Positions 27,573-41,700 of a stretch of DNA of 64,000 nt are shown here, one piece after another. The position numbers and the translations under genes are program-made. The notes beneath the pieces are model-generated. The model had not been told where the DNA came from. It did not search any database and was given only the letters and a program-made list of their open reading frames with translations. Source of the stretch: Ophelia neglecta (taxonomy: Eukaryota); NCBI GenBank assembly GCA_965285935.1, contig OZ260662.1, positions 78,802,001 to 78,866,000 of the forward strand. The letters run 5' to 3'. Position 1 is the stretch's first letter. Every line of letters begins with the position of its first letter.

Positions 27573-30545
27573 CTAAGTGATGAAAATTGACAGGCGGTCA
27601 GAGGCTTCGGTGTATTATTATCCATGCAATATTTTACCAAATCGAGCATATACCCCAGAATACTACCATGAATGCGTTGTTTATTTGTGTTATCCCTGAG
27701 ACTTGATAGTAGGAGACGAGATATGAATATTCGATGTGAGAGGTGGTTGAGGTCGGTGGTTTTTGTGAAGAGAAACCCTTGCCGCCGAGTCCCCGGAGGA
27801 GAGAAATGACTCCTCGCCGGAGACAGCCTCTCTCCCGCCCATCGCCGAACAAGGTGTGGAGACTAATTCGGTCAGGCAGCTGCTATTCACATGAGAAATG
27901 AATTCCAGCCAGCCCGTGAAACTCAAACACATTTTCCTTTTAGTGTGTTGTTTGCCGTGGTATAATCAGTTAGAAAGATGGCTTCACAACTTAAAATCTC
28001 ATTATGAGTAATGAATTCCGTTAACATGGAAAATACATTGGTGTAGTGTTGATTGTCAAGGGACGCTTCTCGGCACGGCCGACTTAGCCGAACTATACGA
28101 GCCACGGTCCCTGAGCCTCGTCTGTGTACTCTACGCTTTGCCGCCACAGCAATTTTGTAAAAGTGTGGATTTTAGTATAAAGACCAGTGTTTTCCTTTGG
28201 TTTTCGTTGTGGCCGCTTTGGGGGCGATGGGACTACCTTCCGATTTTAGAAAGGCACGTTCGGCACAGAAGGCGTGCATTTAAGAGCGATTCTCTCGCAT
28301 TTATCGATATTACGGAGGCACATATCAATCATTTGTTCTACAAAACAGCACTCGATTGCCACTCCTCCTCAATGGAACCATTGTTTCGGTCTAGAATCTC
28401 TTTGCAAATAATGTAGCAGTGGCACACCGCGGTGGCAATCCTCCCCTGTTTACCAACCACTTCAGCCAAAAAGTCAGGGGGAAGTTAATTGATTCTAAAC
28501 TCATGAAGGAAACCGAAGTTAGCTTAGGCATTTGAGTTTATGTCGCGAGAATCGGATGAACGCAGGGCACAGCATGGCGCCAGTCAGGCCACATAAACAC
28601 AGACGACATGCACAATTGCAGATGTATAATTCCTACCCTGGATGAAGGGGGGTGGAAACGCTGTGAATTACGTGTATTACGCTGGGTGATGACTCTGAGT
28701 GTAAGCATGCGCACTTGCTTATTTCCGGTAGTTCAGCGTTGGAGGCCTTGTCGGGTATATTTTGATTGCTAGATTTTGGGAAACATTGCCATGGTCATAT
28801 TTTACCGGTAATTATAGTTTATTCCAGTAAACTGTTAATCGATTATACATATAAAAGGAACAAAAGGTTACCAAGGGAAAAAAGAAGATATATTATATTG
28901 GATTTCAAAGTTTTTTATACTTTATAACGCCCCCCCTTACCCTGGGCCTTTCCGTTAAATGAAATTTCATGTTAGTAATGCAACCTTTGTATAGGTTGAA
29001 AATTGCAACTTTCAATTAGGTAGGGTATTTTATTGGATTCACTGTAGGCCTATAAAGTACAAAAACACATCAAAGCACACGAACACTGGTGTTTTAAATG
29101 GGAGCACAATACTTCAGAATAAAATTTTAAAAAAGATGTCGTTTCTCAGCCAATTCGAATCCGATGAGCTGCCTTATTCCAAGACATAGGGTAATCGTTG
29201 AAAAACCACATTAAGTTAGTCTACTCGTATACGGGCTATAACCTACACGAGCCGGCTATACATCGTAAGGGTTTTTCAATCACGTGACATGTCATTGCTT
29301 ACAATACACGTACACGTATTTTGGTCTAGTACGAGTTATTTCACTCGCGCTCCCGGCTCGCTTCCTGCTATGAAAACGTATTTCTAGTGCCGCGGTTTTT
29401 CCTGCTGCTGAGCTAAGCTTGTGATCTTAGGTAAAGAAAAATGCATATGCTGCTCATTTATTGGCACCGAGTAAAAACATTGATAAAACCAAAACATCCG
29501 GTTGAAATTATATATTTGTCATAGCCTGGGAGATAGTTGATATACAGTTATAAGTTTTTCTCGTGTTTTTTTATTATATGAAAACATGTTTGTATGATTA
29601 AAAAAAAAGTATACCTATGTATGCCTATGTACCTGACACTACGTATACCAGCTGGATTTGATAAACATTTGATGACACGTTTTGTTTAGTATGTTTCCGG
29701 GAAAAAGTGTTTTATCTATGATTGAAGATAATATCTGTTTGTTATACGGATATGCTGAAATTGAATTGAATAATTGGCAGTTCCTTTCCGACTATATAGT
29801 CCACGGATTTAATATTCATACAGCAATAAGTATCTTGTTTGCATGTGTTAAAAAATAATCCTGAGATACATCCATAACGCTGTATGAACGGGTTCATAGT
29901 TTACCTGACTCAATCGTCTGACGACTCTCAATTGTGCCTAGATCGTAATCAACTAGTTCTACTCAAATGAAGCCGTCTTTCCCAACCAAATTATCGCTAA
30001 TGCAGTGTTATTGTTATGAACTTACCGGATATCAATAAGTGATGGCCTGTGTATTTGCTTTGGCGCTTTCTTTTCAATATCCCAATTGGAAATATTAATG
30101 GTTCAATTACTACAGTTCCCCAATCCTATCTATAACTATTGACCCTTTGTTGTCGATTATGGCTGAACACTTTCTTTTAATACCTTAACATTGCCTTTGT
30201 CTGATCCCTTTCATTGAACGATAAACACTGGCTTTGTGTTATGCATAATACATACTGGTATAAAGACTCGATGCATCCGTTTTAGCGATTTCATTGTCCG
30301 CGTATTGTGAATCTGCCGTCGATGACGAAATGATAATCTAGCTCTGAAACATGATCGGGCAGGTCGACATCAATGTTTTAACTGATTCTCAATAGTATAA
30401 TAGTCCTAATTTAACAAAACAACGCAGATTAAAGAAACAATTGCTGCACTTAATCCTTTCTTTTTGGATTTTGTATATAGCGCCTGAATAACAATCAATA
30501 TTATATGAATAAGCAAAATTGAAAAAAGTATACAATTGAAATTGA

Positions 30546-30551
30546 TTTATT
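30546..30551 (-). terminator. Candidate Barhl poly(A) signal (3' UTR about 0.6 kb)
   Basis: AATAAA on the minus strand about 570 nt after the stop, followed by U-rich sequence. Confidence 0.4.
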
Positions 30552-31122
30552 ACGTAATTCAGATCTAGGAGATCTAAGCAATTACGATGATAATAGAAAT
30601 ATGTACAGGCAATATTTTCAGTTTGTATACATACACATGGCTGACAATTCACATGTCTAGTCTACTGATGATACATTTGATATTGGCATATAGGTAACAC
30701 GAAACACAAATGAAATAATCAATTCTAATAAATTATGTTGTCGGCCTATTTATCCTAAATATATTACTTAAAAGTACAGACCACGCAAGGAACACCAAGT
30801 GAAGTTAGGTGTTACTCTCTACAGAAACGACAAGAATGCGCAGCATCTCAATCATACTAGAATGTATAAACACAATGACCACTCCCACCTGTAAAAGTGG
30901 CGATGCTTAAATTTAGTATGTACAGTATAGTATATGTCTCCTTTCCCCTGCAGCTGCACAATGCGCAGGCTCTATGGTAATTGGCACAAATAAAGTCACT
31001 TGGTTTCGCAAAAAACTTGTTAAATTGTTCATATCTCAGAGCCGGACACTGTGGTGTACTACACTGATAAAGTTTGTTGAGATGAGTACGACAATGAGAT
31101 AAGTGAGCACACAATAGCCGGC

Positions 31123-31411
31123 TTAGGTCCTTGGTTCAGGGTTGTTGTACAGTTGGGGAGGGGGTATGTGACTTATGTGCTGCTGCAGTCCATGTATAAA
31201 CATTCTTGGCAGGAGAGGGCGCTGCTGAGCCTGAAGGGCAGGCGTCCCATGACGTAGGTACATGGCGTCCAAGTTTGACATGATGCCGGTCGAGTGGGGT
31301 AAGTAGGTCGACCAGTAAGGATTAGTCTGTAACATCCGGTGGACGGCAGCATAGTTTCCCGCTTCTGCCAACAACTCGAGTCCAACTGCCGTCTGTCGCT
31401 TCCACTTTGTC
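31123..31411 (-). CDS. Barhl: BarH-like homeobox gene, exon 3 (end of homeodomain and C-terminus)
   Basis: Polypyrimidine-TTCAG acceptor with a compatible phase 2. It reads TKWKRQTAVGLELLAEAGNYAAVHRML...QRPLLPRMFIHGLQ...PEPRT-TAA. TAVGLELLAEAGNY and PRxxIHGL are Barhl-family motifs. The total CDS is 1014 nt (337 aa plus stop). Confidence 0.96.
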
Positions 31412-34400
31412 CTGAAGAGAAAAGGTCAAATTATAAGATAATTCTTCGCATACATCGTAAATCTACTTTTACTAGGCTCTGCTCACATGTTTTTTTTCGT
31501 TAATTTAACATGTGTTGCCGTTATTTGAATGCTCAGTGGTCCCGATGGCTGCCTCTTCTAGGCGATGGGCGCTACAAACGTTGAAATTTGTCAATTACAA
31601 AGAGCGCATCTGGCAAATCTATTGATAATTGCTGGACGACATATGGCCAACGAGACTTGAACCTTTTAGCACGATCTCAATATCGGGTGATTGTTCCTGA
31701 TGGTGATGTTATCGCTGCTTGCTTGTCAGTTCATTTAATATTTCGTTAATCAAGCAGCATCGAACAAATGTCGGCGAGGGCTCGTCGCCAATTAATTGGT
31801 CATAGGAATCTTTGACTTTGGAATTTACCTCCAATGACATTCTTAAAACATGGTAGCGATTATTGACGTCACCGTTTAAACAATTGATGTTCTTTTGTGC
31901 CACATAGGCATTGCCACTCCCACGCAGTTTAATGTAACAAAGTAAGTCGAAAGCCAATTCGGAAAATACGAAAGTGCCTAGCTATTATCTGTAAAACAAT
32001 AGCCTCGACAACTGCCAGAATTGCCTCTGGAAACAGCAACAACATGAACCAATGAGCTTAGAGTGAAAACGAGAACAATTGGCCAAAACTCGACAGTTGG
32101 CAAGCAATTTGCATCCTGTCTCGCAGGTATATTTGATCCTGCAATTTGGCATTCTAGGAGACGTCTTGCGGGCAAAGAGACGACTCCCTCTGTCTGAATT
32201 ATTTACACCGTCGAGATAAAGCGATGAGACACCGCCATTTCCGGTTCCATTTGCTGCGGGGTAGCCATTAACCTTCCCTGATGCCAAGTTATTCATGTGT
32301 TTCTCTTGCGACGTGATAAGTGTCATACTCGGATATCACTTCCCGGCCACATATACGAATGCTGGCTTGCCGAAAGACGTCCTATATAATACCTTTTTAT
32401 TTGTATTTTTTACGTGTTGTTATCTTGATACTGTTTAGGCCGACATACTTGTAGCTATATGTGCTCAATTATGGCTATGATGAAAAATTTAGCAGAAATG
32501 AGCAATAAAAGCTTATTGTGCCTTATAGGTATCAGTCGCGCATAATCCTAGCATGCCTATACAGTATTGCAATGGGCATTTAGAAATCAACTAACCTTCA
32601 ACTAACCTTTAACCAACTATTAAACAGCTATAGATCTGTGCGTTCATCTCCATTAGCATACGGTCCTGTCTTTATTTATGCTGTCGCAACCCCCCCCCCC
32701 CCCCCACCCGTGTCAGGTTCCGACAATCTCCATGCTGTGCCTTAGGTTGAAATCCCAATAGCACAGCCACTTGCTTGTCTAAAACCCACTAAAATCCCGT
32801 TTTGCCCATGAAAATATCATGCCTATTCTCTGGAACAAATTGCATTATTTTTCTTCCCGGAAAAGGCGACGATCCGTGGCGAACAGTGCTGGGTGACTGT
32901 AGTGCTGTAGGCGCAGTACTTCATGTCATTGGAGAGCACCAATACAAAGCAACTCAACAAATTATGAATACATGCAGTTCCCGTTTTCTGCTGATGTCGT
33001 GACAAATATTCATCAGTTGCAGGTCTCTTTAACTCAATTTACCAATTGTTTCCCTTTCATACGTAAAAGGGCCGTTTGTGGGCGCTATCAATCCATTTGT
33101 ATAATCACTACATGTCGCAAAAATTCAAATTACCAGCACTTCCAACGCACCGACTAGACTCCTACTCAAATCATAATTTCTCAAACCCACAATTTAGTCT
33201 CAAAATTTAGGGAACGATTCATTTGTCACGCTTGCTGCCATACAATATAGGAAAACTGTAGGGTGATGCAGCAAACTTGCCTAGTTGGCTAGTTTGACCC
33301 GACACCAGTATAGAGCGTGAGAAAGTCGCATCGGGAATGGCGGCGATTGGTATTTAGAATCCATTTTCACTGCAAAGCACTTATTAAGTATTTACGCTCA
33401 TATTAATGTTATCCGATGGTGTTAGCATAATTGTTTCTCCGCATGCAAGACTTTTCACAAATAAGTATCAAAACAGGTAATAAAGCAACTAGATATCACT
33501 TAAGTTTATTTTTACATCAATCAAATGCCCAACTACTAGTTTTAATCAACCAGATCGCTCCAATTTTCTTCAGTTCACGTGTTCCATTTTTTTGCAATTT
33601 ATTTCTCACGTTGCAGACAAAATATTCAGAAATAATCAGACGTGAGTTGAACTACATAGCCCAAACCTTAACCTGATAACTAACAAGAAGCGGAGGTAGG
33701 TTGCGAGAAAATTTATCGTCCGAACAGGCATTGTTCAGGGGCGAGATTATGAAAAACGTTGACTTTTTCGAGTTGTCTCGGCAGCTGATTGCGTGTTGGA
33801 GCCGAGTCCTGACATTAGTTCCATGATATCCCATTTAGCCCGGACCTGACAGGAATTGACTACATGGTTACATTCCTGTGATGTAGAACAAAGAAACTAC
33901 TCGGAACCCGATAGAGTAAAATATCGAGATCGCGTGCGGCAATCAGCATCGTTTTTCAGCTAAATTGATGAACATTTACTAGAGAGAGAGAGAATTTTAA
34001 CTCCGTCGTTTCCCCAAAACCTTAGGCGCTGCCGCCATTACCTTGCACCATCGCGTGCCTGCAGACGACAATTTCCCTATTCTCTTTCCCTGCCAGACGA
34101 CCATTTTCCGATTAATTTGTAATTACCGCGTCGTTAGCGAGTAAATCGAAAGGATTATTGAGGGGTTTCGTTTTTACCGCGACGAGAGCAAATTAAAGAA
34201 AATTAAAAGGTTGACAATGATGTATGGTGGCTTGGTCTGAATCAGAGAGGGCGAGAACCATATCTTTTCAGAGCGCTTCCCGCCTGACATCCAACACCCT
34301 ACTTAATCACGATTAGCGCCGATTATCACCGCCCCAGCCTTCATCTCGGCCATCGATCAGAGGCTCTTGGCTCTCTCCACCGAGCCCAAAACCTCACAAA

Positions 34401-36551
34401 ATGCCGACAGACCGCATCCGCTTAGCAGCGCTTTCCATCTCTTGGCTGCGGAACAAGATTTATTGTGATATTTTCTTGGAGAACAGTATCGTTTTCACTG
34501 CCAAGATTCGCCGCAGTATGCGTGAAAACCTTCCATCTCACAAAGAGGCTTTCATTTGAAAGCTGATTGCAATGTGAAAGTCACATTTGTCTTTTTACGT
34601 CATTCATCTCAGAAGAGAGTACATTGTTCCGCTTGAATCGGCCAGGTATTGTGCTGGCATCATTTTTCATTTTCCATGGAATAAAAGCAGTCCCAGAGGA
34701 CAAGATTTATAGATCTACATCCGAGAATCTCTTATTGATGTCTGCTAGTTTGGAGATCAGTCTCTTCTGCAGTACTTGTAAAATAACCAGCGGAATTCTT
34801 AACACTAACATGTAATGCACGTCAAGAACTAACCTGTAATATTGGTCAACAGCTTCGTTTCAACAAAGAGAAAAAAGATCTTCATCAAGCTCCATGTTAT
34901 GGCTTCTTAGACATTTATATGGCGTATATAATAATTAGCCTACAATGACATTCTAACCATGCATGTAGCAAATGGGTACTTGGTGCATGCTGTTTCGATA
35001 CCATTTTATAAGCCCGTGTATATATCTATACTTATTCATTGCCCCGAGTAACAACCTCTCATCCCCTATTGTCCCTACTCTATCCTGCTCCTTGATAAAA
35101 AAAAGGAAGGACAGAGTGACGTTCGACCAACAATCTTGCTTGCGGAATTATTCAATCTACATAAAAGGGCATACATTTTATTCACACTTTTATAATTTTC
35201 CTAATATTGGGTCTAAAATTTGCTGATTTTTAACCAACGCTTTAAAGTTAAACTATATGTATTTAGCAATAATAAAAATAATAAATTCAAGTTTCGAAAT
35301 TATTTGGCATAAGCATTAAACGTTTTAAACAGGCCTAATTTTCAATACTAATTGAGACCTGAGGTGTGAAAATAAACTTAACATCCAAAACTAAAGCAAT
35401 CACAGAATAAATTATGAATAATGCTAAATCTATATACATGTAATTATAGAATATAATCATATTTGGTAAGCACTGTAATGTGTAAATTATACATTTTATG
35501 AAAATAAATTTTAAACTGATGAGTGAACTTGTTGAAAAATAAATTGCAGCCATCTTGTATCAATATGGGGAGGAATATTGTTAGATTACTTTTCCAAAAC
35601 AACGTGAGTGTATAAACTCACCAATCAAATCATGTGCCTTATTATATATTCTATAATAATAAATATGTTATAACCGCGTATACACAATTTTATGATCGAG
35701 CAAGAGTTTGTGCAAACCACCGCCGACAGGCCTCCCATGGGCAAAACAATCCTGAAGGAGTTCTACGGTCATATTAATTTGCAACTTGAAACGAACGGGT
35801 AAGAATTGTAGTAACAATGAGAAAGTCAAAACATTTAGTTATAATTCAAACTCTAGCCCTGGTCAAATCATTTGAGGCGAAAAAAGAGCTGTTCCCCCGC
35901 CGGCTACGGGCAACATGCAACCAGGCGTGTGCTTCATGTTAAACTAATTAATTATTTTGACTGATTTAGGTGTATCTAACACGCAAAGACAATCTGTTGT
36001 AATTGGAATTTGTTTGAGTGTAATTGATTAAGTACGTGATTGGCATTTGAGCACGTGTTCGCGTAATGAGCGATAACCATACGACAGACTTGGAGAGAAA
36101 AGTTCAGCCGACAGACTGTTATTTATTTTGTCATGCGAGAGGCGCGATGTTTTCCATGCCACCGGGTTGTTTGCTTTTGTATGACAATATGTTCAATTTA
36201 ACACCCAGAAACTCAAATAACCTATGACTTAAACTTTGATTTTAGTTGTTTCATTTTATGTGCCCTATTAATCGGTCACAGTAAGATTTGTTGATGGCCG
36301 GACTAGCAAAAGAAGGGCGAACACTTCTCCACCATGCGCATTAAGAAGGGGGGGGGGGGGGTGCGGTATTTTCCGGACATTAGGCCAGAGAGCAGTGTGG
36401 GGGGGGGGGGTAGTTTCCGGAGTAAACAATTTATTAATAATCTAAACACGCCTTTAACTATAGCTTTAGTTTCACAAGGTATAGAAATCAGAAAGATAAA
36501 AGAACATAAAATCATTAAGGTCTGTAATAATTTGTAAATAGACCAGGGTTA

Positions 36552-36947
<396 letters not shown>

Positions 36948-39900
36948 TCACCCAAGACTGCTGATTTTATTTTGGGTCAGTTCATTGTGATTCTTCGATA
37001 GTTCATTTGTTAAAATTCTTCACGAGGACTCAGATCTATTTAATTTACTTTTGTAAAAAAACGGAATTTCTGAAAATTTTTGATTCTATGCAATTGACCC
37101 ATAACCTCCTGGAATGGGCTGGATTGTCCTGCACAGTGTACAAAACGCGGGACACAATAATAGATTTTGTTTGCCTGTATAATGTCATCAATTCATTGTG
37201 ACTCTAAAACACACAGGAAGAATCTTAATTAAACCATGAACTAGGCGATCAATTGCTCTAACAAAATAAGGCTTTAAATCGCTTCTATATTATGATTAAC
37301 TCTGCTAGGCACGATATTTGACGATTAATAATTCGATGTGAGTAACTTTTGCTTTGGGTTTGTTTTTGGCGCCTTCGAGCAATGATGAGAGTGTAGCAGA
37401 CGATCACGCGATGCTATCTCCTAATCTCAGCTCTGATTGATCAGCTATCTACTACATAGCGATGAACTTGCAGAACGCCGTGAAAGTGTTTATTTGTTTT
37501 GATCATCTTTATTGATGATAAAAATAGATCTATACTAGGCAAACAGATTTCCAAAGGAAAACAGGTATAAAATCGGAATTATTGCACCGTAAACCATGAG
37601 AAAATTGGAGAATTTGTGTTGGGAAATCAAAGAAAATTCGCTGAATTTGGTGTCAATTTGTATATTTGTTTCACTCCTGCTTTCCAAGTCCCGAGACTAT
37701 GTAATATGATAGCCCTATAACTATCATAAACTAGATAATCTTCATACAATTCTTTTGGCTGTAAATAAATTTAACCGGTATAATCTGTAGAGCAGAGACT
37801 ACAGGTTTTTACGATTCCTGTGTTACTATAATTTTTAAGCCCTGCGTCTGCGTGTCTGAGCATAAAATATTATCTTAATTTAAAAAGTGCATGTAGTCCA
37901 AAAGGCCTTTATTAAAAGATAGCGCGGCCGTGCATGCCTTGAACAGGTTCCAAAAGGCCAACAGGCCAATCGAAACTTATTGCCTCTGAACTATGAAATC
38001 CAAGAGAAGTGGGTCTGTTGACAGGTGTTGGCTGCTAAAGACATACGATTAAATTGATTTTAAAAATTAATGAAATTTCTAAATGAATCCAATTTTCTAT
38101 TGATAAAAAGGACATTAATCATATCGGCCGAATGAGAGAGGCCGATACTTCTCTGGCAGACGTGGTACTACTAAAACCGCGAATAATGAAAAGAAAATAT
38201 GGGGCATTTATACGAATTGCGCCTTTACTCAAACTTTCATTAATTTTACATTACAAATTTATAGTATTTTGATTCCCTCAGTTTGTTCTGTAACCCACTA
38301 GACACGAATAACAGTCTTGCTCAGATAGGGCCTACCTCAAACAGGATTGCAAAAATATGGACCAACTCCTGAGAAAAATATTTCGAGTGCATGTGTTTTT
38401 GGGGCGGGTCGACGCTCATCAATCAGATATTTAACCGGACCCACTACCTGTGACATGGCAGTGACACCTTTTTACAAAGTCCAAATTGACACGAGCGGCA
38501 CAATTTAATTATTCCCCGCAGCAAACGACACAGTCACGTGTCAGCGGAAACGATATGAAATTTTGTTATTAAAATCATCTTTGTCGATGGCGCTAATTTC
38601 ATCGACGATAATAAGAATCGGCCCGAGGCAATATCAGGTGAGGCTCGAGTTGTTTCGGACAGGTAGTAAACGCGCGCCGTGATTGCCAACTGACACAATA
38701 CCACGCCAACTGAGAGAAACAGCCAACGTTTGTGCTCGGCAGATTCACCTGCATCCCATTGTTAGAGTTTAACTGTCGCCATTCATATTCTTCCTGCCAC
38801 CGCAAGCGGCCCTCCCACCGACATTGCGGTATTTCCGAGTGGCTGGTTTTATTTGTCCGTCATTTAGGCGGCTTGTTGTCCATTTTACACCATCGCGGGG
38901 TGCGCGCTGAGAGCACATTGTCATTTCTACAAGATCAACCTAACTATCGTGCCACTTGCTTCCTAAACCTGAGTGGATTATATAATATTGTTCATTATTA
39001 CTGCGTGCACTGTCAATATAAACATTCTGGTAAATTGAAGGCGGGACAGTCTTATATGACTTGGCATTAATTCGCGAGGCACAACAGATTTGTTTTCATA
39101 ACAGATAAAGTTATTTCAAACAAAATCGAATCCATTGCTCCGTGAGTCGCTAACATTTCGGACGAGTATACTTTCCAGATTTTATCAATAGAATAGTGTT
39201 TTATTTGTTTGTTTTTTCAGTGTATGTATATTGGGATATAAATATTTTATATTGAGGAATAAAAGTTAAAAGTAACCCGATAATGCTGACACCCAAAACA
39301 AAGAAGTAACACTCTTGAGTCTGCCATTTGTTGCGCTGCTAAAAGGTAAAATTATCGCTGGACAATCTCTTCAATACCGAGAGGCAAATTGCAAGCACAG
39401 CAATGCTTTTAAGCATTATTAAAATTTCCTAATGGCCTGGGTGCATCTCAGCAAAGGGATGGCAAATTGTGAATTTGTAAAGATTTGTTACGCCTCGGGT
39501 CTTCACCTCAAAGTGTTAATGTAGTACGGTATTTACGCGAGGCCTAACCGCCAGCGATTACCAGAAAAACCGTCGAAAATAAACAGCATCAACTACTCTC
39601 CCGAAGCACGCTAGCTTGGAGTAATTTCAAAGGCTTTATTTTCACACGGGAACGTCTTGTCGGAAGCTTCAGAAGAGGTGTGAACCTTGTAGGATATGGC
39701 TGTTTTAACTCGACGGGGGCTTCAGCGCTCAATTTTGACAATTTACTAAGTGTAAATGGGTTTTTGATGAACCGTGGCATCCAGAGACAGGCTGCAATTT
39801 TCTGCTTCAAAGCGGCGCAATAGAGAACCCACGCTTTAGCTTTCCACACAAACACAGAAAGTAAGTGGAGTGAGACTTTGTTTAATTACGTGGAATCAGG

Positions 39901-40624
39901 TAGACTTACAAAACATAATTTATCAATCTACGGTGTATACCTATCAGAATAACATTATGAGCTACAGGCCTAGCTTCACACATATGTACTAGCTTCGCAA
40001 AGCGTTATATTGCCTCAGTTACCTAGGTTTCTACTAGTTAAATTTGTACTTGGTAACACAATTTCATTGACATACGAGCGTGTATACTCATGCAGGTAGG
40101 TGTATGCTTGTTATTGCTTAAAAACACTTCCAACATCATTGACTGTCAAATGAAGTCATCCGGAGTCAATTCTTACAAACAACACGTGCCTAAGGCGCGA
40201 AGATAGCACATCCGCCTTGGGCAATGGAAACTTCTTTAAAATAATAGTGTATACTCGTCTAGATAACTTCTATACTTTGTATTGCTGTCATTCACACTGC
40301 CGAGGGTGAAGTACCAGTGATAATGTATTGGTTTACGCGGCTGTAGAACCTTATATAGATTTTGGGTTGTAAATACAGCTGCCGTCGACAGCCATATAGA
40401 AATATAAAAGCACAATGTAAACCAAAACATGCAGTCCACAATGGGAAGCTCACGAGTTTTGATAAAACGCCTCTGACGGTCCGGATCTTGTAATTCGTGT
40501 TTTAGTGATTTTTGAAATATAGATGCAATAGATCTGACAGCATTTCATTATAAATGGTATCAAGTAGAGGTTTAATTGTTAATGTCTGACAGTATATATA
40601 TGAGTTATTGTCGGTAGAACTTAC

Positions 40625-41117
40625 CTATACTTCTGTTGAGAGATGTGTCGTTGTCATCCTCCTCCTCGTCGTCGGTGTCCATCATTGTTCTTTTTTCTCC
40701 CCTTGTTTCAAACGGTACACTGTTTAATGGTGTCCGACTTGTAAAAGCTGAGTTAGGAGATCGAATTGAAAGTGGATTAAATTCCTTTCTTGGTTTATTG
40801 TCATTAAGAATGTCATGTATCATGAAGCTTGGTCGACTGATTGAATTTTGCCGATTAGGACCAATCACTATATTGTTATTAGAATTAATAGCTAGCGGGA
40901 GTCTCTGGCTGAGTTCGGGTTTGTCCGCTCGTAGTTCGGGCGAAACCCTGTGTTCCGAGCCGGGGGAGAGGGGGGTAGTTCGGCCGCTGTCTGGCGAAGG
41001 TCCGGGACTGCGGTCCTCCTCGCGGGACCCCCGCCACGAGTCTCCCGAGTCTCGTCTTTCTCTCTTCGGGGCCATCACTCGGTAGTCCAGGCCTTCAGCA
41101 CGACGACCCGCCTCCAT
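40625..41117 (-). CDS. Barhl: BarH-like homeobox gene, coding exon 1 (N-terminus with eh1/FIL Groucho-binding motif)
   Basis: ATG at 41117-41115. The open frame MEAGRRAEG...SLNRSI contains SFMIHDIL (eh1-type FxIxxIL), S/P-rich and acidic stretches. It ends at a G|GTAAG donor (phase 1) and is 493 nt long. Confidence 0.88.
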
Positions 41118-41559
41118 CAGCAGATCTCAAACACTCAACTTCCCGGAACGCGACAATCTGTCAATGTGTCTTTACTGTGTGTTTCCTCACACTGCAAAGG
41201 CTGTCTACTAGGTTAGCAACAGAGATTTGCCGAATGCGTCACAATATTCTTATAGTCAAAATAACAAAGAGCTGTCAATACGCTTCTAAAGTCACTTTCG
41301 CAATATGTCCGCTTGATGAGTGGTCAATTGTCCACTTTGCTTTCCATGAATGATAATTCCAAATGATGCAAATCCTGGAAATTAGCGGGAGTATCGCCTG
41401 AAGACGTCCCAGGTACCCAATGTCCTTTTTGCGCCGGCAGCAGAGATTCTCTGACTGAGAGTTAGTTTAGGTTGAAGGACCTGTCAATTGTCTCTCCTTC
41501 TTACACTTTCACGGCAGCGACCCGAAGTGAAATATGATCGTTTCGGCAGTGAATATAGT

Positions 41560-41700
41560 TTTTGACTTGACTATCATAACAAAACACCTTGCATGTGGAG
41601 CGGCGGCATAAAAGACGTGGTCGGTGATTGGCGGAGCACTAGTCGTCACCATTGGTGGCCCACCCGCCAATGAGATGCAGGTCCCGCCTTTGGCCCGAGG
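41560..41700 (-). promoter_or_regulatory. Candidate Barhl proximal promoter
   Basis: GC/CpG-rich patch about 450-580 nt upstream of the ATG. It has three CCAAT boxes (41627-31, 41651-55, 41667-71), GC-box-like GGCGG motifs and a weak TATA-like TTTTAT (41613-41608). Confidence 0.5.

Noticed and set aside
5599-30652. Numerous 60-116 aa ORFs in the intergenic desert
   Set aside because: Lengths and composition are as expected by chance, many have non-ATG starts, and none shows a domain or exon chain. No conserved bilaterian miRNA was recognised by eye either.
31985-32326. 113-aa same-strand ORF in Barhl intron 2
   Set aside because: No recognisable homology. Inclusion as an exon would split homeodomain helix 3, and no convincing splice pair was found.
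40636-41085. 149-aa plus-strand ORF
   Set aside because: Antisense shadow of Barhl exon 1, with no ATG start or recognisable domain.
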